From Pseudomonadota bacterium (GTDB lineage Bacteria; Pseudomonadota; Alphaproteobacteria; Sphingomonadales; Sphingomonadaceae), in NCBI GenBank assembly GCA_039027955.1, contig JBCCJD010000003.1, positions 1,627 to 65,626 of the forward strand: a stretch of 64,000 nucleotides of DNA. The letters are read 5' to 3'. The position numbers and the translations under genes were made by a program. Positions within the stretch are counted from its first letter, which is position 1. Every line of letters begins with the position of its first letter. Of this stretch, positions 1 to 9,984 are shown piece after piece. Under the pieces are notes generated by a model. It made no database searches and was not told the origin of the DNA. It saw nothing but the letters and a program-made list of their open reading frames with translations.

Positions 1-599
1 TGTGCTTCACGCAAGGCAGCCTGAAACAGCGCATAGGATGCCGCGCGGCTACCGCCTGCAATGCGCCCGCCCGCTTCGCCCAGATCGACCATCTGGAAGG
101 CTTTGCGCTCCATCACAGGCGTGCCGTCGCTATCGAGATCGATGATCGCCCCTTGCCCTGCAAAAATCGAGCTCGACGGCATGACCGTTGTGGCAGCGCG
201 CGTGATCCCGGCGGCGCGATGGATCGCGATGTGCTGGGAGGCTGGGTTCACAATCGGCGCGGTGTCGAGCGCTGCGCCAAAAGGGGCATCGCTTGCGCGG
301 ATATCGTTTGATTGACTGACGGCGCCGACATCCCAGATGCCTAAGGTGGTAACGCTCGCGAACAGACCGGGAGTGACCCACGCGCCGGCGGCATCGATTG
401 TCGGCAGATTGTCAGGAACGCTAATGTCGCGCCCGGCTGCAGTGACTTTGCCATCGCGCACCACAAGTGTTGCGCCGTCGAGCGGTTCGCTGCCATCGCC
501 CAGCACCAGCTTGGCGTTTGTCACGACGAGATTCTGCGCTGCGGCAGGAGCCGCGCTGAGCGCTAAAGCAGAGGCGGCAAGCGTAAGGAGGCGCTTCAT
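1..599 (-). CDS. Amidohydrolase-family protein with signal peptide, 3' end outside the window; metal motif degenerate
   Basis: Not in the ORF track. Manual translation from ATG 599 gives MKRLLTLAASALALSAAPAAAQNLVVTNAKLVLGDG...IDAAGAWVTPGLFASVTTLG, the amidohydrolase N-terminal beta-sandwich pattern. ATGA overlap with the stop of the upstream gene at 596-598. Confidence 0.85.
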   Translation of the reverse strand, partial: MKRLLTLAASALALSAAPAAAQNLVVTNAKLVLGDGSEPLDGATLVVRDGKVTAAGRDISVPDNLPTIDAAGAWVTPGLFASVTTLGIWDVGAVSQSNDIRASDAPFGAALDTAPIVNPASQHIAIHRAAGITRAATTVMPSSSIFAGQGAIIDLDSDGTPVMERKAFQMVDLGEAGGRIAGGSRAASYALFQAALREA

Positions 600-2020
600 T
601 TGACATCTCCTTCGCCAGGCTGACCAAGCTCGAAATCGCTGACCGGGCGCCGCTTGCGATCCATCGCATCGAACATCAGCGCGCCATCGATCCAGACCTT
701 TTCAGGCCGCGAATAGACGCTTAAGGGATCGCCGTTCCACAGCACCACATCGGCCATCTTGCCGGGCTCAAGGCTGCCAGTCTGATCGCCGATGCCCATC
801 GCCTTTGCTGCGTTCAAAGTGATCCAGCTGATTGTAATCGCATCTGAGATTGCCAGTCCCATGCGATTGCCTGCCGCCTGCGCTTTGGCTGCTTCCTGAT
901 TGAGCCGCTGGATATCGTTCGCGCTGTCAGAGTGGATGACGACGCATGCGCCCTCTTTCTCAAGCAGTGCAGCGTTTTCGAGAATGCCGTCATAGGCTTC
1001 CATCTTGAAGCCGTACCAATCGGCCCAGATCGCCGCGCACACATCATTGTCGCGCAGGATATCGGCGATCTTGTAGGCTTCGACCGCATGGTGAAACGCG
1101 GTTACCTTGTAGCCGATCTCCCTTGCCATATCGATCACCAGCGCCATTTCATCGGCGCGGTAGCAATGGTTGTGAACGAGGATATCGCCTTTGAGCACAC
1201 CGACCAGCGTTTCCTTGCCCAGATCGCGGCGTGGCTCTTCCTGATTGGCATAGGCGATCGCGTCCATCCAAGTTTGCCGATTGACCGCAAAATTGCCCAT
1301 CCGGGTCGAGGGTTTGCGCCCTCTATTGCCATAGACCCGCTTGGGATTTTCGCCGCAGGCCATCTTGAAGCCGTAAGGCGCACCGGGAAACTTCATCCCT
1401 TGGACGGTCCGGGCATAGACGTTCTTAAGCGTTACCGAGCGCCCGCCCATGAGATTGGCTGAGCCCGGCAGGATCTGCAGAGTGGTGATACCGCCATTGG
1501 TAAGCGCACGGGCGAAGCCGGGGTCTTGCGGCCACACCGAATGCTCAGCCCAGACATCAGGCGTGATTGGGCTGGTCGCTTCATTGCCGTCGGAATGCGC
1601 GCTTACCGCAGGGCTGGGATAATTGCCCAAGTGCGAGTGGATATCGATAATCCCGGGGGTCACATATTTGCCTGACCCATCGATGACGGTGTAGCCATCG
1701 GTTGCAAGGCTAGCATCTCCGATGGCGACCACTTTGCCTTCGCGAAACAGCACGGTGCCATTGTCGATCCGCCCGCCTGCGCCATCGAACACGGTTGCGC
1801 CGACCAATGCTGTGGGCGGGCCGGGATAGGGCGTGTAAGTCGATGGGAAAGGCTGATCCGCCTCGGTCAAAGCGGCGAATTCAGGACCAGCCTCTTCTTC
1901 GGGCAGAGTAGCGGTTGAACTGCCCGCCTCGCTAGTCGTGGCGCATCCGGCGACAAGCAAGCCGCTCAACGCAAGCGCCAGCATTCCGGCGTATCCTGGC
2001 ATGCCTGAACCCTGCGACAT
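596..2020 (-). CDS. Amidohydrolase-family lipoprotein
   Basis: VTPGIIDIHSHLG (DxHxH metal motif), HSD, C-terminal GSLEPGKMADVVLW, lipobox-like LLVAGC. Start set at ATG 2020, preceded by GAGGGGAG; the ORF track extends to 2035. Confidence 0.9.
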   Translation of the reverse strand: MSQGSGMPGYAGMLALALSGLLVAGCATTSEAGSSTATLPEEEAGPEFAALTEADQPFPSTYTPYPGPPTALVGATVFDGAGGRIDNGTVLFREGKVVAIGDASLATDGYTVIDGSGKYVTPGIIDIHSHLGNYPSPAVSAHSDGNEATSPITPDVWAEHSVWPQDPGFARALTNGGITTLQILPGSANLMGGRSVTLKNVYARTVQGMKFPGAPYGFKMACGENPKRVYGNRGRKPSTRMGNFAVNRQTWMDAIAYANQEEPRRDLGKETLVGVLKGDILVHNHCYRADEMALVIDMAREIGYKVTAFHHAVEAYKIADILRDNDVCAAIWADWYGFKMEAYDGILENAALLEKEGACVVIHSDSANDIQRLNQEAAKAQAAGNRMGLAISDAITISWITLNAAKAMGIGDQTGSLEPGKMADVVLWNGDPLSVYSRPEKVWIDGALMFDAMDRKRRPVSDFELGQPGEGDVK

Positions 2021-2158
2021 GGCTGCTCCCCTCATTTCCGCCCAATTCGATTTTTCTGAAGCGATTTGAGCGCGCTGTCTACGGCGCCCGGCGACAGTTC
2101 TGCGAAGTCCGCACTCGGCCCGATAAGCGTGCGCATCACTGCGATGGACACTGCGCGC

Positions 2159-3838
2159 CTATTCAGCTGGCCCCGTCGCCGGACGAATGCCTGCCGTTTG
2201 GGGGTCGCCCACTTCAGCTTGGCCGAGCAGGTCGTCATCGACTGTGTCATCTTTAAGCGTGCTAAGATGCATCAGGCGTTTCACGAGCGGGCTGATCACA
2301 ACCACCACAAGGCCTACCACGAGCGCGACAAGGCCCATGGTCCAATAGGCGTTGAGTGCGCCTTCGCGGGTCATATTGCCGCCTTCGCCTTCGCCCATCA
2401 GCGAGCCCATAAAGCCTGCGACAAACTGACCGCCCGCTGTTCCGAAAAAGAATGCCGCCATCATCAGGCTGGCCATATGCTTTACTGAGAGGCGGTTCAT
2501 CGCGCTGAGGCCGACCGGCGAGAGGCATAGTTCGCCGGTGGTCGACAGCAGATAGAAGATGAAGAGAAACAGCACAGGCATCATGATGGCGCCGGCATCG
2601 TTTGTAGTGCTGAAGGTTTCTGCGCCCCATACCATCACGATAAAGGCAAGGCCCATCTGAGCGATGCCAAGCCCCATCTTGGCAGGGGTCGATGGCTCCT
2701 TGCCGATCTGTGCAAGCCATTGCCACAGCATCGCGAAAAGCGGGCCAAGCAGGATGATATAGATCGGGTTGACTGACTGGAAGAAGGTGGTTGGAATGGC
2801 GCCGCGGTCGACATGGCGATCGGTGAACAGGTTCACTGAACCCCCGGCTTGTTCAAACAGACCCCAGAACAAGGGTTGCAGCAAGATCAGGAAAATCATC
2901 GCATAAACGCGGTCACGGGCTTCTTTGTCGAGCTTGAAGGATTCAAACAAGACATATCCAAGCAAAATGATGCCCGAAATCAGCAGCAGGCCGCCGACAA
3001 GGCTTTGATACTGGATCAGCCACCAGATCATCCCAACTCCGAGGAGCCCGACGCCATAGAGCAACCATTCCAGATTGATCCCGGCGACTTTCTCTTTGAG
3101 CTTGGCTGGCACAGGCGGTTCGCCATTGCCGCGCAGCAGAGGCTTGCCAATGATGAACACGACAAGACCCAGTAACATCCCGACGCCAGCAAGGCCGAAG
3201 CCCAATGCCCAGCTTACCGTCTCGCCAAGAAACGCTGCGATCAAAACGCCGGTCGCCGCGCCAAGATTAATCCCCATATAGAAGATGGTGTAAGCGCTGT
3301 CCCGGCGGATGTCAGTGCGCGGATAGAGCTGGCCGACAAGGACGGAAATGTTGGCCTTCAGAAAGCCCGAGCCAACGATGATGAATGCCAGCGCAAGCCA
3401 AAATACGTTAAGCGTCGGGTCGTTCTCAAAACCCGAGCCATCGCCTTCGAACGCCATGAACAAATGGCCAAGCGTAAGCAGGATCGCGCCGAACAAGACT
3501 GCTTTGCGCTGGCCTAGGTACCGATCCGCCAGCCAGCCCCCGAGCACCGGAGTGATGTAAACCAGCGAGCCATACGCGCCGTAGATCAGGTTTGCGCTGC
3601 CATCTGAGTAGAGCCAGTGTTTCGTAAGATAGAGCGTCAACAGCGCGCGCATTCCGTAGAAGGAGAAGCGCTCCCACATTTCAGCGAAAAACAGCATGTA
3701 CAGGCCCTTTGGATGGCCTAGGATTTCCTCTTGCGGCCGGGTAATGGCCCAGGCTCCGCCGACAAGGAAAGCGAGAAGCACTACGCTTGCTGCAAGTGCA
3801 GCCCATTCGCCATAGCTCCAAGTCGCGATATCAAGCAT
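2159..3838 (-). CDS. Proton-dependent oligopeptide (POT/PTR) MFS transporter
   Basis: EMWERFSFYGMR (ExxERFxYY-type motif), GGWLADRYLG, FYMGINLG, GELCLSPVGLS; many TM helices. Confidence 0.95.
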   Translation of the reverse strand: MLDIATWSYGEWAALAASVVLLAFLVGGAWAITRPQEEILGHPKGLYMLFFAEMWERFSFYGMRALLTLYLTKHWLYSDGSANLIYGAYGSLVYITPVLGGWLADRYLGQRKAVLFGAILLTLGHLFMAFEGDGSGFENDPTLNVFWLALAFIIVGSGFLKANISVLVGQLYPRTDIRRDSAYTIFYMGINLGAATGVLIAAFLGETVSWALGFGLAGVGMLLGLVVFIIGKPLLRGNGEPPVPAKLKEKVAGINLEWLLYGVGLLGVGMIWWLIQYQSLVGGLLLISGIILLGYVLFESFKLDKEARDRVYAMIFLILLQPLFWGLFEQAGGSVNLFTDRHVDRGAIPTTFFQSVNPIYIILLGPLFAMLWQWLAQIGKEPSTPAKMGLGIAQMGLAFIVMVWGAETFSTTNDAGAIMMPVLFLFIFYLLSTTGELCLSPVGLSAMNRLSVKHMASLMMAAFFFGTAGGQFVAGFMGSLMGEGEGGNMTREGALNAYWTMGLVALVVGLVVVVISPLVKRLMHLSTLKDDTVDDDLLGQAEVGDPQTAGIRPATGPAE

Positions 3839-4060
3839 GCAGTGTTTTACCTCGAAATATTAAGCGAACCCGCGAAGGCACCTGCCTCTCGCCGCAGCGC
3901 TGCAACCTAACGAGCAAATTTCGAGTGTGAAGACTTTGTTACTAATCGCCTCAAGGTTAGCCCGAAGCGTCGCATTCTGGCACCGCTCGGTAGCGACGCG
4001 GGGTGGGGAACTTGACGCGCATGGCTGTATTATGTCACTGAAGCACTAAGAGAGGGACAT

Positions 4061-4399
4061 ATGAGCCAAACCCGTCCGGTCTATCTGAAACTGCGCGATC
4101 AGATTGCCGCTGCCATCATTCAAGGCGATTATCCCGAAGGCGAAATGCTGCCGTCAGTGCGGGCATTGGCGGCCGAGCAAGGTGCCAATCCGCTTACCGT
4201 GGCAAAGGCATATCAGCAGTTTCAAAATGACGGTCTGGTGGAAGTGCAGCGCGGCGTCGGCATGTATGTGGTGGAAGGCGCTGCTGACCGTTTACGCAAG
4301 CGCGAGCGTGATCAATTCGTGCGCGAGGAATGGCCTGAAATCAAAGCGCGGATGGCTCGGCTGGGCCTTGATCCGGCTGATTTGGCTGAACTCAGCTAG
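4061..4399 (+). CDS. GntR-family (YtrA subfamily) transcriptional regulator
   Basis: LPSVRALAAEQGANPLTVAKAYQQ...VEVQRGVGMYV winged HTH with a short C-terminus; divergent from the POT transporter. Confidence 0.92.
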   Translation: MSQTRPVYLKLRDQIAAAIIQGDYPEGEMLPSVRALAAEQGANPLTVAKAYQQFQNDGLVEVQRGVGMYVVEGAADRLRKRERDQFVREEWPEIKARMARLGLDPADLAELS

Positions 4400-4635
4400 C
4401 TTTACGTTACCGGACCAATTGTAAAATTTCCCGAAATTCGTCCTGTAAGTCATGAAATTGCGTTCAAGACGCGTCAAACATAGTGGTGTCGCTTGCGAGC
4501 CGGGCTTGTCTCTGGCACACGTGATCTAGGGGTGCCTGTCGGGTCCGGGCATAAAATGATAATCGCGAGGGAAACCTCGCATCCGAGCCGGTGCGGCGAA
4601 AGCATGCGCTGTGCCAGGGGGACTGGGAGCTCAAA

Positions 4636-4917
4636 ATGATCAGATCCGAGTTGCTGCAAGAGCTACATAAAGACAATCCTGACTTGCGCGCAGAGGAAAT
4701 CGAACAGGTCGTGGAGATTTTCTTCGATGAGATTGCGCAGCGCCTTGCTGAAGGTGGCCGAGTTGAACTGCGCGGGTTTGGGGCGTTCTCGACGCGCGAG
4801 CGCGAAGCGCGCACCGGACGCAATCCTCGCACTGGGGAAGCGGTTGCAGTCCCTTCGAAGCGGGTTCCTTATTTCAAAGCGGGCAAGGATATTCGCAAGC
4901 GCTTGAACGATCATTGA
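4636..4917 (+). CDS. ihfB: Integration host factor subunit beta
   Basis: MIRSEL..., GGRVELRGFGAFS, GRNPRTGEAV, PYFKAGK. ATG 4636 follows GGGAG. Confidence 0.95.
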   Translation: MIRSELLQELHKDNPDLRAEEIEQVVEIFFDEIAQRLAEGGRVELRGFGAFSTREREARTGRNPRTGEAVAVPSKRVPYFKAGKDIRKRLNDH

Positions 4918-4970
4918 GCGCGTGGGCTCGCGCTTATTCAGGCGCGGCAGACCCAAGCGAACGATGCGTA

Positions 4971-6659
4971 TCAGGCAGGCACGAACGCCGGCTCATCATC
5001 CTGCGCGAGGCTGGGGACCGGATGACGCCGTTCCCGACCCAACGCTGCAAACACCGCATCGATAATCTGCTCGGTCCCGCCAGGCGCACTTACGTCGACC
5101 GGCAGCATCCCCAAGGTGGCAAACTCGTCCATCGCATCGGCGCCAGTGAGAGCTATGACGCGGGCGATGCCGGGCAAGCGTTCTTGCACTAGGGGTGTCA
5201 GCTCGCGCGAAATCGCGAGGTTTCCGGTGGCCACCAGCACCACCTGGCGGCGCGCGAGCCCCAGCGCATCCCAACTGCGCGGGTCACCAGGATTGGCTTG
5301 GTGGACATGAAACCCATCAGCAAGCGCGGTGGCAAATCTTTCCGGATCGGGATCGACGGCAAGATAGCCAATTTCATTATAGGTGAGCGCATCAGCGACC
5401 GCACGCCCGGCTGGAGCAAGGCCGATAATAACGACCGGCGCATCGTCTCCGGCAAGTTTCTGGTCAGGCGGGCCTGCGCGCAGCTTGCCTGCAAGCTTGC
5501 GCCCGAAATTCGATACCAGCGGAGTGATGGCGAGGCTGATCGCGATCGCGGTCACCAGAACTGAGATCAAGCGCGCTTCGACCATGCCGGCCAAAGCCGG
5601 TAAAGCCAGCAGAACCAGCGCAAACTCGCTGCCTTGACCGAGCAGAAAGCCAAGCTGGATCGACCCCGGCACTGACCACCGGTTGGCAAGACCTGCAAGC
5701 ACATTGAACAGGCATTTGAGGACGATCAGCCCGCTCGCAGCCGCAATCACAAGCAGCCAATTGTCAGCGAGGATGCCGGGGTCAATCGACAGCCCGACTG
5801 AGATGAAAAAGAAGCTTAGGAACAGGCCGCGAAAGGCATCAATCTCGGTCTGAACCATAATCCGATAGCGCGAATCGGCCACCGCCATCCCGCCCAGGAA
5901 TGCGCCTAGGGTAAGCGACAGCCCCGCGATCCCCGCGGCCCAACCAGCCGCCAGCGCGATAAATAAAGCCGTTGCGGTGTAAACCTCGCTGCTGCCCACA
6001 CCTGAAATCGCTCGGAACAAAGGCTCGGTCAGGTAACGCGCAAACAGCACCGCGATCGCGAATGCGGCAAGCGCTTTCAATCCCGCGAGCCCGAGTGCGG
6101 GCAGCATGGCGCCGCTCGCGCCGAGCGCGCCAGCCGCCACCAGCAGCATAATCGCGGCGATGTCCTGGAAGATGAGGATCGATTGCGCAGCGCGTCCAAC
6201 CGGGCAATCCTCCTGATGCCGCTCGCGCACCAGCCCGATCACCACTGCAGTCGACGACAGCCCCATCGCAAACCCGACGATAATGGCGAATTCGCTCGGC
6301 AGTCCAACTGCGAAGAAAAGCGCGGTGAACGCGCCTCCTGCGACCAGCATTTGCAGGCTGCCGAACCCGAAGATGTTGGCCGCTTCAGCGCGGATCCGTC
6401 CGAGCGAGAAATGCAGCCCGAGATTGAACAGCAGGAACATGATGCCGACTTCCGCCAGCGCAGCAACGATCGGGCCACTGAACAGGTCGGCAAAACCCAG
6501 CGTAGCAAGGCCAAGCCCAAGCCCAAGATAGCCGACAATCGGATTGAGCCGGCACGCACGCGACACCAGCGCGGCACCGATCCCGAGCCCAAGCAAAGTG
6601 ATCGCCGGCTGGATCGTAGCCACGACCGAATGGCCGTCATGAAGCGTTTCGCCTGCCAT
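4971..6659 (-). CDS. CPA2 cation:proton antiporter (Kef-like) with C-terminal KTN/NAD-binding domain
   Basis: LAEVGIMFLLFNLGLHFS, LSSTAVV, ILIFQDIAAI, LGAFLGGMAVA, GQGSEFALV and a C-terminal VVIIGLAPAGRAVA Rossmann-like domain. Start at ATG 6659 inferred. Confidence 0.9.
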   Translation of the reverse strand: MAGETLHDGHSVVATIQPAITLLGLGIGAALVSRACRLNPIVGYLGLGLGLATLGFADLFSGPIVAALAEVGIMFLLFNLGLHFSLGRIRAEAANIFGFGSLQMLVAGGAFTALFFAVGLPSEFAIIVGFAMGLSSTAVVIGLVRERHQEDCPVGRAAQSILIFQDIAAIMLLVAAGALGASGAMLPALGLAGLKALAAFAIAVLFARYLTEPLFRAISGVGSSEVYTATALFIALAAGWAAGIAGLSLTLGAFLGGMAVADSRYRIMVQTEIDAFRGLFLSFFFISVGLSIDPGILADNWLLVIAAASGLIVLKCLFNVLAGLANRWSVPGSIQLGFLLGQGSEFALVLLALPALAGMVEARLISVLVTAIAISLAITPLVSNFGRKLAGKLRAGPPDQKLAGDDAPVVIIGLAPAGRAVADALTYNEIGYLAVDPDPERFATALADGFHVHQANPGDPRSWDALGLARRQVVLVATGNLAISRELTPLVQERLPGIARVIALTGADAMDEFATLGMLPVDVSAPGGTEQIIDAVFAALGRERRHPVPSLAQDDEPAFVPA

Positions 6660-6824
6660 AATTGCAAGATCCCTTTGCGCGCGAAAAGCGCTCGCCAAGA
6701 AATGGCGTGCCAATCAAGCAATAACAAGTCCTGGTGGCACTGAGCGCTTGGAGTTGCCGCGGCGAGGTGAGGTGGCTATCGCAGCGCGCGCATTGGCACG
6801 CGTGGCATAAGCGCTGAAAGCCAA

Positions 6825-6911
6825 GCGGGTGTGGCGGAATGGTAGACGCCGGGGACTTAAAATCCCCTGATCCTATAGATCGTGCGGGTTCGAGTCCCGC
6901 CACCCGCACCA
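6825..6911 (+). tRNA. tRNA-Leu (anticodon TAA)
   Basis: GCGGGTG/CACCCGC acceptor stem, D-loop GGAATGGTAGAC, anticodon arm GGGGA-CTTAAAA-TCCCC, long variable arm GATC-CTATA-GATC, GGTTCGAGTCC T-loop, encoded CCA. Confidence 0.97.
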
Positions 6912-7056
6912 AGCGCAATGCGTATTATCGACTGCACTGTGCGCACGTCTCATTATCCTAGCTTTAACTCCGTACGCGATATGCTTGCATTCAGATAACG
7001 CAACACATTCGCGGCGCGCTTGAACACAGGCTTGCAGCGTCGCTTGACGAGCACAG

Positions 7057-7695
7057 ATGAACAATTCGGCAAACATTTTTCAAGCGGACGCAGAGCATGA
7101 AAGCGCTCCGGAATCTCGCGGCTCTCCGCGTTTCACTCTGCTGATCCGCGCCGCCAAGCTCGTTACCAAGCAAGGCGAATTCGTCTGTGTGATCCGCGAC
7201 GTCTCCGAATCGGGCATCAGTGTGCGCCTGTTTCACGCTCTGCCCGACGAGCCGCAGATCGAGCTGCAAATGCCTGGCGGCGGCAGGTACGAAATCCAGC
7301 CTGTGCGAACGCAAGCGAACGAAGCGGCGTTCGAATTCACTCAGCAGGTCGATGTCGCACGGTTGATCCACGAAGCCAGCGAATATCCCAAGCGGGGCCT
7401 TCGTTTAGAGGTGTACTTTCCAATCACCATCACGATGGCGGGCCAGCGCTACGAAGGGATCATCGAAAATCTCTCTCAACAAGGCGCTCGATTTGAATGC
7501 GAACAATTGTTTGCGATCGATCAAAGTTTGATGATCGAAGGAGCGGAAAGCTCGGTCGGGTTCCGCGAAGTCCGAGCCAAAGTGCGTTGGCGGCGTGACC
7601 GGCATTATGGCGTGGTGTTCGATGATACCTTCACGTTAGGTGATTTTGCGAGGTTGGTGGCGCGGCTGCAATCGCCGATCTTGCTCGATGACTGA
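7057..7695 (+). CDS. Tandem PilZ-domain protein
   Basis: RGSPR (RxxxR) plus DVSESG (DxSxxG) in domain 1; KRGLR plus NLSQQG in domain 2; ends in VRWRRDRHYGVVF. Confidence 0.85.
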   Translation: MNNSANIFQADAEHESAPESRGSPRFTLLIRAAKLVTKQGEFVCVIRDVSESGISVRLFHALPDEPQIELQMPGGGRYEIQPVRTQANEAAFEFTQQVDVARLIHEASEYPKRGLRLEVYFPITITMAGQRYEGIIENLSQQGARFECEQLFAIDQSLMIEGAESSVGFREVRAKVRWRRDRHYGVVFDDTFTLGDFARLVARLQSPILLDD

Positions 7696-7854
7696 GCAGC
7701 GCGCAGCCCTCGGGCTGAGCCCAACGCGGTTCAAACGCAGAAAAACCTACGATTTGAGCCTGCGCTTTTACGCTTCGCTAACCAATTTCCTTCACCTGCG
7801 AAGGCAAGCCGGTGCGCGCCTCACGCGGACCGGAAAGATCTCATGGGGGCTTTA

Positions 7855-9510
7855 ATGACGCAGCTTGATGCGGGACAGAACTTCTTAAGCCAAACTGGAA
7901 TTGTCGATGTCGATGTTGCGATCATCGGCGCTGGACCTGCCGGGCTGACCGCTGGCTATCTCCTCACCAAGCAAGGCAAATCCGTCGCGATTATCGAACA
8001 GGACGAAACCTATGTTGGCGGCATCAGCCGCACAGTCGAACACAAGGGCTATCGCTTCGACATTGGCGGCCACCGTTTCTTCTCGAAATCGCAAGCCGTG
8101 GTCGATCTGTGGAATGAAATCCTGCCGGACGACTTCATCCAGCGCCCGCGGATGAGCCGCATCTATTATGAAGGCAAGTTCTACAGCTACCCGCTGCGCG
8201 CATTCGAAGCTCTCTCGAACCTTGGCATCTTGCGTTCGACCGCCTGCATGGCGAGCTATCTGCGCTATAAGCTGTTCCCGATCAAAGATGTGAAGAGCTT
8301 TGAGGACTGGACCACCAATCAATTCGGCAAAAAGCTCTATTCGATCTTCTTCAAGACCTACACTGAGAAGGTCTGGGGCATGCCCTGCGACGAGATGAGT
8401 GCCGATTGGGCCGCGCAGCGCATCAAGGGCCTCTCGCTGTGGGGCGCTGTCACCGATGGGTTGAAGCGTAGCCTTGGCCTCAACAAAAAGCCCAATGACG
8501 GTCAGGCGGTGAAGACACTGCTTGAGACCTTCCGCTATCCCCGGCTTGGGCCAGGCATGATGTGGGATGCGGCACGCGACAAGATCATTGCGACCGGCAA
8601 AGGCCAGGTGTTCATGGGTCATGCGCTCGAACAGCTTGCCGCGATTGGCCCGAATGACGAAGGCTACAATTGGTCGATGACCGCTGCTGGCAAGACCGGT
8701 AAAGTCCAAATCCGCGCCAAGGATGCGATCAGTTCGGCCCCGATGCGTGAGCTTTCCAAGCGTATCTATCCGCTGCCGCAAAGCACTTTGCAGGCTGGTA
8801 ATCTTAGATACCGCGATTTTCTGACAGTTGCGCTGATGGTCAAATCCGAAGATCTCTTCCCCGATAACTGGATCTACATCCACGATGACCGGGTGCAGGT
8901 TGGCCGCGTGCAGAATTTCCGCAGCTGGTCGCCGGAAATGGTTCCGGATGAGGATATGGCTTGCGTCGGCCTTGAATACTTCTGCTTTGAAGGCGACGGC
9001 CTGTGGTCTTCCTCAGATGAGGACTTGGTTGCGCAAGCGACGAAGGAAATGGAAATCTTGGGGCTGTGTGATCCCAAAATGGTCGTGAGCGGCGCGGTGG
9101 TCCGTCAGGAAAAGGCCTATCCGGTCTATGACGACGATTACGAAGCTAATGTTCAGGCGATGCGGGTCGAACTCGAAGACAAGCACCCGAGCCTTCATCT
9201 GGTCGGGCGCAACGGCATGCACCGCTACAACAATCAGGATCACGCGATGATGACTGCGATGCTGACGGTTGAGAACATTCTCGCAGGCGAGCGGGTCTAC
9301 GACACCTGGTGTGTCAACGAAGACGCGGAATACCACGAAGCAGGTGACGAAGGCGCTGACACCACAATCGCAGCACGCGAACCCGGCACAGTACCGCAGG
9401 CTAAGCCGCTGAGCGAGGATCAGGTGGCTGCGCTGACATCACTTCGCGGAGTGCCTGAGCGGGTCAAGCCGGACGAGGCTGAAGATGCGCCGGTGCGCAA
9501 GTCGGCCTGA
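7855..9510 (+). CDS. FAD-dependent oxidoreductase, UDP-galactopyranose-mutase-like
   Basis: GAGPAGLTA dinucleotide motif, GGHRFFSK, GRNGMHRYNNQDH. Start at ATG 7855 after GGGGG; the ORF track starts at 7843. Confidence 0.8.
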   Translation: MTQLDAGQNFLSQTGIVDVDVAIIGAGPAGLTAGYLLTKQGKSVAIIEQDETYVGGISRTVEHKGYRFDIGGHRFFSKSQAVVDLWNEILPDDFIQRPRMSRIYYEGKFYSYPLRAFEALSNLGILRSTACMASYLRYKLFPIKDVKSFEDWTTNQFGKKLYSIFFKTYTEKVWGMPCDEMSADWAAQRIKGLSLWGAVTDGLKRSLGLNKKPNDGQAVKTLLETFRYPRLGPGMMWDAARDKIIATGKGQVFMGHALEQLAAIGPNDEGYNWSMTAAGKTGKVQIRAKDAISSAPMRELSKRIYPLPQSTLQAGNLRYRDFLTVALMVKSEDLFPDNWIYIHDDRVQVGRVQNFRSWSPEMVPDEDMACVGLEYFCFEGDGLWSSSDEDLVAQATKEMEILGLCDPKMVVSGAVVRQEKAYPVYDDDYEANVQAMRVELEDKHPSLHLVGRNGMHRYNNQDHAMMTAMLTVENILAGERVYDTWCVNEDAEYHEAGDEGADTTIAAREPGTVPQAKPLSEDQVAALTSLRGVPERVKPDEAEDAPVRKSA

Positions 9511-9551
9511 TCGCGCGTAGCGCGGCGATCCGCACAGCCGAGAGAGTGTTC

Positions 9552-9980
9552 ATGAACGGCCCCATCGCTTCGATCCTCATCAGACTGCGCGATTTTCAGC
9601 TCGCGCGCTATGTGCTTGCAAGTGTTGGCGCGTTGGCGGTGGATGTCGGCTCGTTTCTGGCATTTATGGCGTTGGGAGTCGCGGCCGCCCCGGCTTCGGC
9701 GATGGGCTATTCGCTCGGTATCCTCGCCCATTGGCTGTTATCGAGCCGCGCGGTGTTTCACGAAAGCGTCGCAAGTGGCGGGATGGCGCGCACCCGGCAA
9801 AAGGCTCTGTTTGTGATTTCGGCGCTGATCGGGCTGGGTTTGACGACAGCGATTGTCGGGCTCGGCGTATGGGCTGGTAGCGATCCTCGCGCGGCCAAGG
9901 CAGTTGCGATCGTAATCAGTTTCACAGTGACGTGGCTTATTCGCAGCCGGATCGTATTTCGCGCTCAGGAAAGTCGCTGA
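9552..9980 (+). CDS. GtrA-family four-TM flippase-like protein
   Basis: RYVLASVGALAVDVGSF, four hydrophobic helices, terminal SRIVFR. Confidence 0.88.
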   Translation: MNGPIASILIRLRDFQLARYVLASVGALAVDVGSFLAFMALGVAAAPASAMGYSLGILAHWLLSSRAVFHESVASGGMARTRQKALFVISALIGLGLTTAIVGLGVWAGSDPRAAKAVAIVISFTVTWLIRSRIVFRAQESR

Positions 9981-9984
9981 GCTC

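Noticed and set aside
4020-4050. YtrA-type operator upstream of the GntR gene
   Set aside because: The inverted arms match at only 4 of 7 positions, too weak to support.
6825-7700. tRNA-Leu as the attachment site of a genomic island
   Set aside because: No integrase next to it and no duplicate of the tRNA 3' end noticed in the window; the downstream genes look native in composition.
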